Below, in pieces: positions 31,310 to 45,300 of a stretch of 64,000 nucleotides of DNA. The notes under the pieces were generated by a model. It saw only the letters and a list, made by a program, of their open reading frames with translations, was not told the DNA's origin and searched no databases. The DNA lies in the NCBI GenBank assembly GCA_026023565.1, contig JAPETS010000003.1, forward strand, positions 744,001 through 808,000, written 5' to 3'. The position numbers and the translations under genes are program-made. Each line of letters starts with the position of its first letter. Within the stretch, counting starts at the first letter, position 1. This DNA comes from Cirrosporium novae-zelandiae (taxonomy: Eukaryota).

Positions 31310-33668
31310 ATGTCCTTCTACGATTCCCTCCACGGTTCCTCCCAATCCGGAAACCTAGACCCACGACCGACATTTGAACACCAAGCCAGTGATATAGAGC
31401 TTTTGGACCAACCTCGGACTTACGATAATAGATCATTTAATAACAATAATGAAGAACAAGAAACAGCCTATGATCCACACAACAAAAAGGCTTATTATGC
31501 GCCAGACGACTTCCAGGTTCCTGTCCCTCCTCCTCCTCTCCTCAAAAAAGCTTCCACCCACGTCACCCCCCAGTGGGCCGGGAGTCCCAGGGTTCTCAGC
31601 AAGCTTACGATATTTCGAATCCTGAACTACGCTTGGGATATAATTCTAATTTTAATTCCTCTGGCTTTTGTCGGTATATATACTTAGATAATATTACCCC
31701 TCCCCCTCCAAAGATATTTAATATACATAAATATATATATCCCATCTTTCTAGGGGGAGAGAGAAAGATCTTTGCTAATTCTGCTCTGTTTTGCCGCGCG
31801 CCAATCTAGTCTTGGGCACCATGGCTGCTATTCTAGATGGGAAATCCACCTCGAACTATGGCCGCAAGGTCGAGCGTGCCATTCTTCTTGCGCCTACTAT
31901 TTTCCCCATCGTTTTTGCAGCCCTGGCAGGCAGGTTTTTCAAAATCGCGGCCCTGTGGAAAGCGGAACGGGGTATCGAGCTCGGGGTAAAGCCAAAACCT
32001 TCCCCACCCCCCTTAACCCCGGTTTACCAAATCAGACCATCCTACTAACGCTAGAGCGCGCAGACCCTCGAACAACTCATAGGGTGTCAATCACTCTTTT
32101 CAACTGTCGAGCGGCAGGTGCTGCTACACGATTACAGCATCCTAAGCATCAGCATCCTGTTATTCTGGGCGCTCTCCCCGCTGGGCGGGCAAGCGGGATT
32201 GCGATTGCTGGGTACGGTGGAAGGTCACGCGACGACCAACTCCAGCGTCCGATATCTAAGTGCGCTAAACCAGCTCAATTCGGCAATGCAGGGGGCCGAG
32301 GCGGCGGAACGCATGGCCCCAAGCTACGTGGGGCCGTATCTAGCAAGCATAATGAGTCCCGAGACGGCGCAGACGTCCACGATGGATATCTGGGGCAACG
32401 TGAAGATCCCCAGCATGAATCATAGTACCCTCGCCCCCGACAGCGAGGGCTGGCGGTCCGTTGACTACACCAAGGATATCAGATACAGCTCACTGATCGG
32501 AATTCCCGTGGCTGGTATCCCCTCCTCGGGCAACTCTACCTTCCCTATCGAGTCCCGATACTACGACGTCTCGTGCGCGAGTAACAAACTAACCACCTAC
32601 ACCGCCTTCATAAAAGCAAACCATACGCTGCAAGTCCGCAGCAGCTCCCTCACCAACAACAGCCACTACGCACTATTCTATGCCACAAACCTATATTCTG
32701 TTGCCGCCTACGTCGAAGGCGCCCCCGGAATCTCCATCTCCAGTTTCTTCATCGACACGCAAACGGAATTTCAAGGTGGGAACAATACAAACCCTAAAAG
32801 CCTCATCTTCGGCTCCATGGCCTCTCCGACGTCCACCACCGGCGACAATAGCATGTCGCTCGCGAACTGCACATTCCAGAAACGGGATGTCATTTCCAAC
32901 GTCACCTGCACTGCAGGAAAAACCTGCCGCGTTTTCGCCATGAAACCCTCGGAAAACCAAACCCGCTATCTCGACTACCTAGATATCATAAACTACGGCA
33001 GCAATCTGATGCTGTCCTTCCCGCTGGCCGCGGGCCAGGGCTCGGAATTCGCTTCGAACCCGACGGAACGTTGGATAAACAACAGTGCCAGTGTCTTTGG
33101 CTACACGATGAATGAAGAGTACCAATCTCTCTGGAAACTCCGACCCTCGGTGCTAGAATCCCGGCTTGGCCTACTCCTAAACACTTACTGGCAATCCACA
33201 TACGCGCCCTCGTACATAAACGGCGACCTCTCCTCCAACCTCACCTACTACGACACCCTCGACCCCACCAGCCTAAACGGCGCCTACTTCAACGCGAGCG
33301 CTTCCACCGTCACCAGATCCACCGGGGAAATCTACCGCTGCAACTACGCCTGGCTCAGCATCCTGCTCCTCGCATCTCTATTCTTAGAAGCTTGTGCCGT
33401 TGGTGCTTTCATCCTACGACAGATGACGGTTAGTCCCGATGTGCTGGGATATGTGTCGTCGCTCACACGGGATAATCCGTATACGAGTCTGCCACCGGGG
33501 GGTTCGCATCTGGATGGGTTGGAGCGCGCTAGGCTGCTTAAGCGTGTCCCGGTTTGCATGGGGGATGTGAGACCTGACAGGGAGGTGGGGCATATCGCTT
33601 TGGTTTCCTATGATAGGGTTGTGCCGGGGGTGGTAGGGAGGTTGAAGAAGGGGAGGCTGTATCAATGA
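31310..33668 (+). CDS. Fungal multi-pass membrane protein of unknown function with a large N-glycosylated extracellular region
   Basis: Exons 31310-31673, 31810-31985, 32064-33668. Hydrophobic helices, many NxS/T sites, and blocks LEQLIGCQSL, WALSPLGGQAGLR and PDVLGYVSSLTRDNPY...GGSHLDGLERARLL. Confidence 0.8.
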
Positions 33669-34389
33669 GGGGGGTTTGGTGTCCTAGCTTTGCCTATTAT
33701 AATTACAACATTAACCACATATCTCTCAAACACGTATTTCCATTCCTTCCATCCCCCCCATCCCATCCTCACTAGCAGTAAACACCTAGCAAATATATGT
33801 CAAACGACCAATCAGATCGCTGTGCAAATAAACAGGCTATAGACCGACCCGCTTACCCACCCACTCATTGGACCGAGAGGATTAGCTTTGTCGTGATAGA
33901 TATATACCTTCCCTGTTTATATACTTTATTTTAGCATGCGTAGCGTGGGTATCTATCTAAATTATAGACTGGATGGGTTAGCCATGTTCCTAATCTCGAC
34001 CCGACCAATCTGTCAATCAGTTTATCTGTATACAGGAACAAAACAGTCGTCAAGGGTTTTGGTTTGGTTTAGTTTGGCTTATTGAACCAATCGCGTTAGA
34101 ACCATCTAGGGAGCAGATCCGGAAGAGGCTCTTCTAGTTTAGAATTTATACCCGTCGTGGATAAATAATGACTGGGATTTAGAATCTGCAACTTGGGTGT
34201 TAGGTACAGTGAGTCTTGCCTGTTGTATACACAGCTAGAGCAACCTGAGAAGTGGATGCCTGAGGGCGGAATGAGGCTCTTAGGATGGTGATTTAAACCA
34301 AGGTTGCCCTAACCCCCTTTTTTGGCTTGGTTTGGTTTAGTCTGGAGATGTTAGATGTTAAGCTGCTTTATCTGGATAACTGGTTGATT

Positions 34390-34907
34390 GGTTGTTTCGT
34401 AGTTATTCATTCGAAGGTTTGGCATAGGTTTGAGGAGAGGTCTCTTGGCGAGGGCTTTGGTGATCTTGGTGGTGGAGGCCGTAGTGGAAGACTTTTGTAG
34501 AGCTTTTGATAATGACCTTAGTTATAGTTTTGATAGTAGCTTTGGTAGTAACCCCCCCTAAAGCCTCAAATCTCCTTGAATGTTATACGTATTCCAGCTA
34601 AGCTCTCCGTGGTTATAATCAGGCCTCTTGACTTAAACACATGTTTTTGGTATGGGTTTTAAGCTTCTGAGTCTGATATACTGTGTGTCTAAACATGAAT
34701 GTATATGAAAGATGTACATCGTAAATATTTTCTTTTTTCGAAAAAAGAAAAGAGACGAGGGGAGGGGAAGAGGTCTTTAACGGACTTACCTGTACGTACT
34801 GTCTGCTTACCTACATTGTTTCTTACTACGTTCCATATGTAATGAATGTTAACATGGGACCTTGAAATATCCACTTGTAAAGTAATAGGTCCTATCAGTA
34901 GCTCCAT
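34390..34907 (-). pseudogene. Possible degenerated spliced gene relic with C-to-T type stops
   Basis: The 34907 ORF runs into a GTAAGT donor. After a TAG acceptor at 34689-34691 one frame continues with three stops (TAA, TAG, TAA), each one C-to-T change from a Gln codon. Confidence 0.3.
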
Positions 34908-37445
34908 ATGTAGGGTTTGATTTTATCTTGGGCTTGTTGTCTGCGCGAGAAGATTGAGAAATGATTGTTTGAGGCTTTATTCCCTCTGGACTGTTTCTGG
35001 ATGGAATTGCATTGACCAGAGTGATTTTATGACTCCAGATAAGATTTATTTCGAGCGAAGACATGTTTAGTTTTGTGTTATTGGATGATTTATTATTCGT
35101 CACAGTGGTTCCGTAATACTGTTATAGAGGATTGATATTCGGTGGTTGCGATGTCGCACCCATTCAGGTTTATATGCCCTCTCATGTCGGCGGTCAGGAT
35201 ATACTTTGATACGTATCGTGTACGGGACTTCAAGGTTATAGGAACTCTAGCCTAGGATCTCGGCTCTATTCCTCCTTTTTAGATATTTCTTTAGTAATCT
35301 TCCCGATTCTACATTGTTATCAGCCCCATGTCGGAGTTGGCGTCACCATGGCTTATGCATACGCAAATAAGCATACATATGTTGTACCGTAGCGTTCCAA
35401 TACTTCAAGTAGGGCCCCCCTAAAATACTCTAGGAGCCGCGTCGATCTGCGTTGAGCTACAAAATAGAGTACGGATGCTCGATATGGTACAAGTAATTGC
35501 GTGATTTGTGCATAGTTCGTTCTGCAAGCTACAGGTCTGTTTGAGTGCATTGTATGCAAAAGGTTCATCATATTAGACATTTTCGAGCCCCTAAGTTCTC
35601 AGTTCACAGACGGCGTGGATGTGGTGAGCTGGCGGATACATCCCCTAAGAGACAGTGATCAAATTCTGATACATGCGAATCTCACGTGTGAGAAAGGACC
35701 AAAGCACTGCACATGCTGGGGAACAGAAATAGTTAGGGTATCCTATAGTTCGAGGGTCCACCCATCCTTAGAGGAAGGTTTCGAAGAGGGTTTGGGATGA
35801 TAGCATACGGTGTTTCTAGGCCGGCACGTTTAGAATGGTAAGAAGGATTTTGAACTTTAGATAAGCGTGTCGGTGAGTGTAAGATAGGAGGGGGCTGGGA
35901 TATATTGAGGTTTATTGTGTACATTGTATGTTAACAGCGGCATAGAGCTGTATATCCACACACGGAAATTAAGGTGATAGCCATCTCCAAGCAAGAGCTA
36001 AAAGTTCCGCGCCTTTTCTTCACACAATGACCCTATCTTACCTTCATCCTATGTCTGCTATTTCCGGTCTAATCCCACAAACGGTCTCAACTGCCAGCTC
36101 CTGTCTTAACCTGAATATACTTTCCCCTGAGTACCTTGAGAAACGGTTCCCCGAATTTTTGTGACGAAGCCATGCTGGATCCTTAATGACGTTCCGGTAT
36201 CAGTGTTAGATGCTTGTACGTACTCATCTTCATTTTCAAATTTCCGAATATTAGTCAAATATAGATCCATGTCTTAAAGATCTAATTCAAGATATAGATC
36301 TCGATCTCAGCAGAAAATATCTTCCCTAGAGTTTGAGCAGCCTTGAGGGGAAATGACGCACACGAGGATATCAAGATAAGTGTGGGGGCTACCCGTATGT
36401 GCGAGTTAATCGGGGAAATAGATTGGATCTAGATGTGCTTGCTTGTACAAGTAAAGATAGGGAAAATATGGGCTAAAAGCAAATATAGGATACTGACATA
36501 GGAATTATCACTTTAGAAGAAACTTACAAGCTTATTTGGCTCCGAAACCAGGTACATCAAGCTCATCTCCTACCACTCGAATCAAAGGTGTCGTCTTAGA
36601 CCTAAAAGTAGGTTAATCGTGGAAATATTTGGTCGTAGAATACTTGCCATCGCAATAGGTGCTAGACATTATAGGATAGAAAAAGGAACCGGAAGAATAA
36701 AGTCTGAATCTAGTAGAGACTATTGTTAAAAATTTAGTACATCAAGAAGAAGTATTATCGATGAAGAGTTCTAAAGGTCAATCGACCAGAAGCTTGTATG
36801 GCTTAGAGCTTGGAACAATTTGAAGATGGTGGATGATGAATGGTGGGTAGATGGTAGATGGTAGATGGTAGCACGGATGAGTAGATCATGGAACTGACGA
36901 GGTCATTTCACCTGAGGCATCACAGAACGTGAGATCGAAATAGACCAGCGAATTGAGGAATTAATTAAGATATTAGTTGAAAATATTTATTCGTCTTATC
37001 AGTCTCATTATCAAGTGTACTGTATGCTATACAGGTATATGTACTATATAATGTATAACGGCGCACACCTTCCCTCTTTCAAAGTACAGAGCCTTTCCAA
37101 GCCAATGAGCCACCACATCAGAATCTATGTAAAACAAGTTCCTCAGAATCATAGGATTCCATTCTGAGCCATTTGAACTCCCTTTCCCATTGTTTTTCCC
37201 CGGGTCCTTTCCCGTTGTTTTTTGTGCCAATTCCAAAATAGAGTCCCCCATCCAAACCTCCCATGACAAACGACACCCCAACTCCGTGCTATGTAAATGA
37301 CAAGTTGTATGAAGGTTTCTTCATGCTGGTATTTAAAAAAAATTGATAAAGCTACCCCGAGTCATCCCAGGGTAGATGCAAAATATTCTGTCGGTTTCTT
37401 TAAAGCTTTGACGTAAAGTCAGAGCTATGCGTAATTTCTTAGCAA

Positions 37446-39263
37446 TCATCTCCTCCAGCCCACATTCCAGATAACATGGGCAATATCTCGAGCTGTATTT
37501 ACAGTGTCAACAACTTTACCAAACAACGACGCAGATACCAAATCTTCTTCGTCGTCCTCATATGGCATGAACATGCCAGAAGGTGTTCGACGCATTCCGC
37601 GGTGGCCTTCATCTTCATTATCCATCGGCGATGGACTAGAGAATCGAACTTGAGAACCAAAACAATCAGCGTTTGATCCCGAATAAGAACCCGATGGCTG
37701 CCAGTTCATGTTGACTTCATCATCCTCATCAAGCAGGAAATTTGCCGACGGATTTGGAGGCCGAAGGGTTTCTTGAGATGGTGACGGCGAAAGCTTAGGG
37801 GTGTTGTTCCAGAATCCGCCTCTTTTGAATCTCGAGTCTTGCACTGCAGGTTCCGGTGTATCACCACGGTAGTTGAGTGTTGTAGGCGGGAGTTCCGCAA
37901 TTGTCTTGTTGTCACTGTTACTGCTGAAGCTATTTCTAGGTGTATTTCGGTTGCTTATTGGTGTTCTGTGTGGCATCTCCTTCATCATGATAACCCCATC
38001 ATCCGATTCAGAGTCATCATCCTCATGGAGAACATGATAAACATCCTCTTCCTCATCCTCACACTTACAGTCCACTGCAATAAATTGCTTGACCTCGTTA
38101 TCGAAATGGATATGTTTTCGTTCTACTGGGGTTTGTAGACCCGAGGAAACAAGAGATGGTAGAGCAGATGGACCACCATCAGATCCCTCGTCTGTGGCAG
38201 TAGAGTTTGTAGGTGTTACAGAATCCGATGATGCCCTCCCCATCGGAGGCATTGGGATTTGTCTTTTGTCGAGATATTGTCCCTGTTGCTGAGCCTTCAG
38301 TGCGGTCGTGGCATGTTTGAGTAGCATATTGGCTGAGAGTGATTTTTGAAGCATTGCCTCCGACGCAGATCTTTTCTTTAGAATTGGTTTCTTATTCAGG
38401 AAGGAGCCACCTCTCGATATCTGACTAGGGGGAGGTGAGCTTTCAGCGATCATTGATTTTGCAGCACTCGTTTGAAGAGGGCCATAAAGCCAAGTCACAT
38501 CGCAATCCTTCATCCTAAATGATCATTAGCTTCGAGTTGGCGGAATGGCAAGCAATCCCACTCACCAATTCAGGGTTTCTGCCATGATAGTCCCCAGAGT
38601 ATGCTTCTTCTTTGCCCAGGACCGCCAAGCAGCGTTTTCGAGCCTAATACTATTAGTATAAACGCCCCGTCTCGATACAACGTGTCTCCAGGATGACCAT
38701 ATTTCCTCTTCAGTCCAGTCATGAGAAAGATAGTCTATATGCCGTGTGGGCTCGTGTTCAAGTAGAGTATCATCTCCCGCGAGGACAAGTGGAGGGGTGG
38801 AATTTTGTTTAGACAATGGTTCGTCAAAAGGGTCCCTGAATCCCGGCTTCTCTTCTGTAAGTATTTCTGTAGGCGAGTTGCAGGGGGCATCCTCATCGTC
38901 GTCCAAACTTGTATCTAAGTAGCATCCATCATTGTAGGATGGAAATTGGATATCGTCTTCGCCGAAGCCGAGACCGTTGTCTAATGACAGGCTACTTGTT
39001 GGGGTGGATGTATACGAGGGCTGGCTTGATTGGGATAGACGTGGAGAGGAAGGAGCTGTAGAAGGCGTTGAAGAATAAGCACGAGAGACATATTCGGCAT
39101 GAACAGAAGTAGGTTTCGTACGCGTGTCGAGAAATGAAGAAGGATTACTGTTGATGAAGGACGAATGGGAGGATGAACGGCGTAGAGGAATTCGTGAGAA
39201 CGAGTCGGGCCCATCGGTGGAAAAGAGGCTCCCTAGGGAGTGTACTGGTAAAACCGCGGTCAT
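37446..39263 (-). CDS. REG1: Protein phosphatase 1 regulatory subunit, Reg1/Hex2-like (glucose repression)
   Basis: Exons 38566-39263 and 37446-38514; 51-nt intron GTGAGT...TAG. PTRHIDYLSHDW...RLENAAWRSW, LNWMKDCDVTWLYGPL, the RVxF-type PP1 docking motif KHIHF, and C-terminal DTVNTARDIAHVIWNVGW. Confidence 0.85.
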
Positions 39264-41184
39264 CTTTGGTGTAGTTGGTTGAAATAATCTCAACTGGCTG
39301 GATTGGATGCTTGAGAAATGATGAACGGCCCTAATGCTCGAGGTGGTTCGGACGTGATATAGCAAGCGGTTTATCCTCCACTACCTAGACTTCGCGAATA
39401 CGATCCCAGACCTCGACGATTGCAGGTAATCGAAAGCATCAGAGGGAGGAAGTCTTATAACACGGGTTGGTATAAGCAGCGCCACAGAAATGGATGGATG
39501 GGGATAAGGGTAATAAGTAGCGATTACCTACAAGATTAAGAGGAGAGTACATGTAGTCATGAGTGAATGAGTGCGTGAGTGGATTAGCAAACACGGCGTA
39601 GGAATGTAATTTGAGAGAAAGTTTGGTGGATGTATAGCGAGTAAAGTGGGAGATATCGAGTAGTTTTTAGGTAGTGGGACACTTTTTTCTTTCCCTCTTT
39701 CACTCTGCTCTGGGGAAAAGATTGTGGGGCAAGCCCGATTTGATGATTTAATAATTTTTTTTGAATCAATTCCGGTTCAAGGTGGTCGGGAAGTCTGGAA
39801 CGCAAGCAGTTTTAAGCAATTGACTACGGTGGGATGTATTCCTGTATCCTGTATGCTTGTATTTCTGTATTCCTTTTTGAATTAATTTTACAAGTAATTA
39901 ATTATCTAAGTGAAAGAGGAATTGAATTGGCAAGAAATGGCAAGAATGGCAAGAATGGCAAGGAGTTCGAAAATAAGTCGGAGCGCCGTTGATTCGCCTT
40001 TGATGGATACGGTTTTACCGATAGACTGGCAAAATAATGCTGGCACCACACTAAAAGGCGCCTTACTTGTGTATCGAAGGGTTACAAAGGGCAGCATGGA
40101 GTAGTTAAAAAAGGTTTCTGCAAAAGGACTGGGGAGAAAAAAAAGGACTTGCAAGAGAACTGCAAAGGCTGTCCTCGAAAAAAAAGCTAAGCTACGTAAG
40201 AGGAACCTCTGATGCCTCTCAAATTGTCCAAATACCAAAGCAACCAACCATTCAAAGGAATTACAGGGGACCTGTCACCGCATCCCTTTATTCATTACCA
40301 GTCGGAGGCAACCAAACAGTTTTTAACCGTACTTCTCCTATCAAGCCTATCAAGCCTGTCTTGGTGCCTCTGCCGTGTTTATGGGTGTACTAATTTATTC
40401 TCAGTAATCCCGGTAATCCCAATAATCCCAGTAGTTCCAAGTCTCTCTGTTGTCTTTGTTCTGGGCGTTGGCCATTCGTGTGGTGTTTTACCGGGTTAAC
40501 CACCCTCTTCTCCCTAAGCGAGAAATAAAGAACGAGAGAACTCATGCAAATCTCATCCGGGGGAGGGGGGCTTGCGGTACATTATTTCACACTAGTACAA
40601 AAGGAGAATTAGATTGGCTTAGCTTGCATTCAATTGATATCTAAATGTCTAAACCATCAACAACACACTTTCCTAACACGACAACTGATCCAAAGTCAGG
40701 AATGTCGGAAGGCGACCAACACCATCGAAGTGAACTGAAGGCGTAAAGCCAACTCAAGCCCAACCCAAATCTAAATTACTAAAGTCAAATCAAAAGTCAG
40801 AAAGAGAGTCCATATTGACTACCTATAACATCAAATCCTCTATGTATCAAAAAATAAAAAAAAGAATAAAAAAATAAAAGCAAAAACAAACACAAAGAAG
40901 AAAAAAAGTCTTAGAGTCTGTACATATTGACGTTGGTTATTTGGATAACGTCCAAAGAAAGGTATGCTTGCGGGATATTGATAACCGTGGGTGCTGTAGA
41001 AGGATGAAGATGAACGTCTGCGGTCAGATGAAATCATGAATGGCACAAAAAATGCTCGTGCAGTGCAGTGACTGGCAGTGACCGGCACTGGCTGCAGGAC
41101 TAAGTGAATGAGGTGATTGTGCTAAACCAGGGTTCAAATTAAGCTCTCGTGGTGGCTGCATGCGTGTAGTTTGTCTACTTTTCA

Positions 41185-41220
41185 TTGTTCTTGTTCTTGT
41201 TCTTGTTCTTGTTCTTGTTC
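41185..41220. repeat. (TTGTTC)6 microsatellite
   Basis: Direct reading. Confidence 0.9.
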
Positions 41221-42284
41221 TTTGTCCCTATCCCTCCTTTCTCCTCCCTTGTCCTTATCATTGTTTTCCTAATATTAACTCTACTGTGTAATTGCTGTAT
41301 TTACTCGAGTATTACTTTCGTTTAACTATGGACCTAGGTAACTATGATTAAGCAAGATAGAATAGTCAAGGTTCAAAGGTCGATCATCTCCTCCAGATTA
41401 TTTCCCTTCCTCTCCTTCCACCCCTCCAATGGCCACAGTCAACACTCATTAAATTGTGCCTCAAGGAAATAAATCCACAACCAGAGTCAAGTGTCGAATC
41501 GATGAGTATATCAATCAATGTCTCGGCACCGTCAAGACTTAACCTCTGCACTGACCAAGTTTCACTATGTCCATGGAATATCTGATATTGAGAAGGAAAG
41601 AAAGAAAACAAAATCAAACGTACAATAGAACTAATAAACATGGTAGAATAGGAGAATATCTACTGGGCATGGGTAGGTAAATGGACAAATGGACGAAATC
41701 AACTTTTGGACTTTGATTTTTCCAAAAGCGTGGTAAGTTGGTTACACATGTTACAAGGATTACAAGTATTACATATACTCAAGTAAGTTTGACTCTGTAA
41801 TCTTAAGATAATTAATTACATTACAGTTATAGGTGTGAAATCGCTTAGATTCTCGCTCGGGGTTTACCACAGAACTACCTACTTAGGTGCATTCTTTGAC
41901 CTTGATTCTCCGATTATCACAATGACGAATAAGAACAAAAGAAAAGAATATTGAACACCTTTGAGATGATATTCCCAAATTTCTAACATCTCCTTCCTTT
42001 TTCTCCCGAATACATACCTTCTTATCAGATTGCTCGGCCACTTGTGAGCCACAAGTTGTAGTTCTTCTTCCATTGTGTAAGTCAGGTAATGAAAAATACC
42101 AAAGTACAAGCCGAAACATGATTAGTGTAAATCAATCTTACCGAATTACCGAGACATTGATTTTTCGACTTTCAAACTCCACAATCATCTTTTTGAGCTA
42201 AGGAGTATGGATCATGGTATTGTAATTACCGACTATTGTTTCGAAGGTCTACTTATGAATATACCTTCTTTTCTCACCTCACTT

Positions 42285-42308
42285 TTATTATTATTATTAT
42301 TATTATTA
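42285..42308. repeat. (TTA)8 microsatellite
   Basis: Direct reading. Confidence 0.85.
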
Positions 42309-45300
42309 CCATCATCACTATTATTATCATGCTAACTTATCTAGCAGAAAAGGAGCAAGGTTTCTTACATTGGCTTTGGCTTTGACTCTGGTTCTAGCTT
42401 CTCGAATCTCATACTCATATTAACTAACGGAAGAAATAGGACTGATTGTTAGACCGGGGGAAAGTTAGACCTTCTCGTACCTGCTCGACGGTAGAGACCT
42501 TCAGGACCTTTAGGACATGGTAAAGTTGTACTCTAAGTTGACAGTCGTTACTTGAACAGTCTCGGCTTAGGTGGTCTTGGCTACTAACAAGTAAATAGAC
42601 TAACAATAGGATTTCCAAAGGTTGTTGCTTGGACAGTACAGGGCTAGGGGGATGATACGATTGCTCTCGTCCAGTTTCTCAACCCAGCTTCTTCCCTTGG
42701 AGTCATTTCCACGTACCAAAGTTGCCTCATCGTGCCTTACCTTCAGATTAACAGGATTCGATCACTGGCACAATATTCATTTAAACAATCCACCACTCCT
42801 GCAGCCATCATTTTTTTTCGTCTTGATGCTATGAGTGTTTGAAGTCTAACCCATCTGCGTCATTCGTTATCCTGGTTCACTTTACAAACGGTAGCAAAAG
42901 TACCTGACGCGACTAAGTACCCGTGGCATTCTTCCATCTCCGCCTTAATATGGTTTGCAAGGTTGGCAACTCAAGAAGACCTATTCTTTTCATGATTGTC
43001 ATAGTACAATTAAAGGCCTATTTAGGTTTGAGACGATCCAACTGTACAGAGTCGGAAGGGCTGGGTCTCCGTTCCGTTGACTTTCTCCACTTATCTTACT
43101 GCAGCTATATCTGTCAAAAGAGATAGTGTAGTCAAAACTCCACACTCTACCGGATTTGTTAGATAAGAAAAGATCTCAGTTACCTTTTCATCAACGGTGA
43201 CAAGGCGGAGGATCGACGCATCCCCCTGTCAACTGTCCGAGCTCTTTGATTTTCCTGATTTTCTTGACTTTCTTGACCACCACCAGCGCTTCCTAAATCT
43301 AGATTCGGCCCGGTTAACATATTTTCCGCCAAGTATGGCATCGTTAAGTATCCCAATCCACTTATCCGTGGATAGGACAAACCGTTTGAGCTCCGGGCGG
43401 GAAGCTCAAGCACCAACACCGTCCGAGTCCGTGTGAGGTTCATAGGTTTAGTGTGCTACAAATTCCCTGGAGACAAGAACCAGTGGCTGGTTGACAGGGC
43501 CACAATCGGTCGTGATGCTGATGCAAAACGACTTTGATGCCGACCATAAACGCTACAGACATTACACATAAAAATTTAAACAGGTGGGGCTTGGATACTG
43601 ATCCTGTAGTAGGCCACAGCAGGCGCCGTTATTCTACTACTTTGGTGGCAATCACTTAACTTCAAACTCGGGAAGACGTGAAGATACGGAGATGCAAGCC
43701 AGCTCACTCTAGCCCTGCAACTGGGAGTAACGTACCAGCAAACATAGCAGACGTCGTAGATTTGTTGCATCTCACCGAAATACTGCCGACTAAAGCATTC
43801 TTTATCTTCGACAGTCCCTATCTAGAATATAGCTCACTCAAAAATTATCACCTTACGACAAGGTTTGGATATTTGGATCCTCTGATATGATGATGCTATG
43901 GAACTTCCCCAAGAGTTTCGGCATGGCGATAGGAGAATTTACAATGATTGCGCCAATGTAGCGCAATCATCAAGCGAAGTGTCAGAGAGGGAGTCCCCTG
44001 TTGGACTGAGCCCCTCCATTTTCCTTGTCTAAGAAAAACATACGGCTGAAATAGAATTATCGACACACCTTATCGGACGATCGGGTTTCTCGATGATGAC
44101 TGACGAGTAAAATACAACTAATGGTAAGATGATAGGGTTAAGATGTGTATCTTGAATATTCTCGACTAAATGGGTAACCATTCATTTACATTCATTTATA
44201 TCATTGGATATGAAGATTAGCACTCATATTGACAAATTGTGTAACCAGCCGCCCTGACCTGTTCTCCCGGTCCCCCCACCTTCAACACCATGAATAATAT
44301 ATATTCTCCCTTGCAGCCAAGTGGGGATGGCTTCATAGCCCGCAGTGTTTTAATTTTTCCGAGGAGGTCTGTCAACCATCGTCTAGCCCTACCGTTCCAC
44401 ATTCCCCGTCTCCCCAATTCTGGGTCCTCGCTTAGGGTGATATGCCAAGGTAGCTATCAGTACCGTGTCTGAACCGTTTACCCTATCATTGCTGACTCTT
44501 TGACCGTTATGGCATCAAACGTTCCATAATTTTATATTCCATGATATTGATCGACAAATGCCTTCACATTTACAGACAATAAGTATGTGGGCTTCTGCGC
44601 ATTGACTTTGGCTTATATCCTCCATATCTCACCTTTGAACATTTCATCTATACTTAACCTGATTAGTTTTGCCACATGTTCTTACTCGGCAGATGTCAAA
44701 TGGCTTGGTTTGAGTCACCATTATGCCCAAATTCAGGTCTGCAGCGGATTCATCTAAAATCTCTACAAAATGTCCACAGTGGAGTTGGAGAAACGAGTCT
44801 GCTCCGTTGGACCGCAATCCTAGGAGAAGATAGACAATATTGCTCGTATTACTCGCATGTAGCTCCTTATAATTAGATCTAGAATTTCAAGGAATCAATA
44901 TGAAGCTGGCGGTCGGCGAATGCCAACCGTTGTAGCAATCACATGCTTCTGCAAAGCATTGTAACCCCGGATGTAGATCGGTTGGTTGGTGCGCAGTACA
45001 CAAAGGCGCACAGAGCAGGATGTACCATGACCCAATGGGACAACCTCATCAGGGCGGAACAAGTTACCTACCAATGATCTATCTATCTACCGCCCTACTA
45101 TCTAGACTCAGATTGAGAGGCGTCAAGAGCGTTACAGTCAATCCAATGCCTCAAGGATCTACCGTCTGAGCGATTAGAAGCGATATTTTCCCTCGAGCTT
45201 TGACGAACTAATGCAACCATGGTATCATCGAGGTACTAATGTACAAGGTAAGAAGTTGATGCGTAAATGCGTGGATCAAATAATGAGATAAAATTGCCAA

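Noticed and set aside
36330..36800. Splice-like signals and short open stretches on the + strand
   Set aside because: I could not build a coherent reading frame; at most degenerate DNA.
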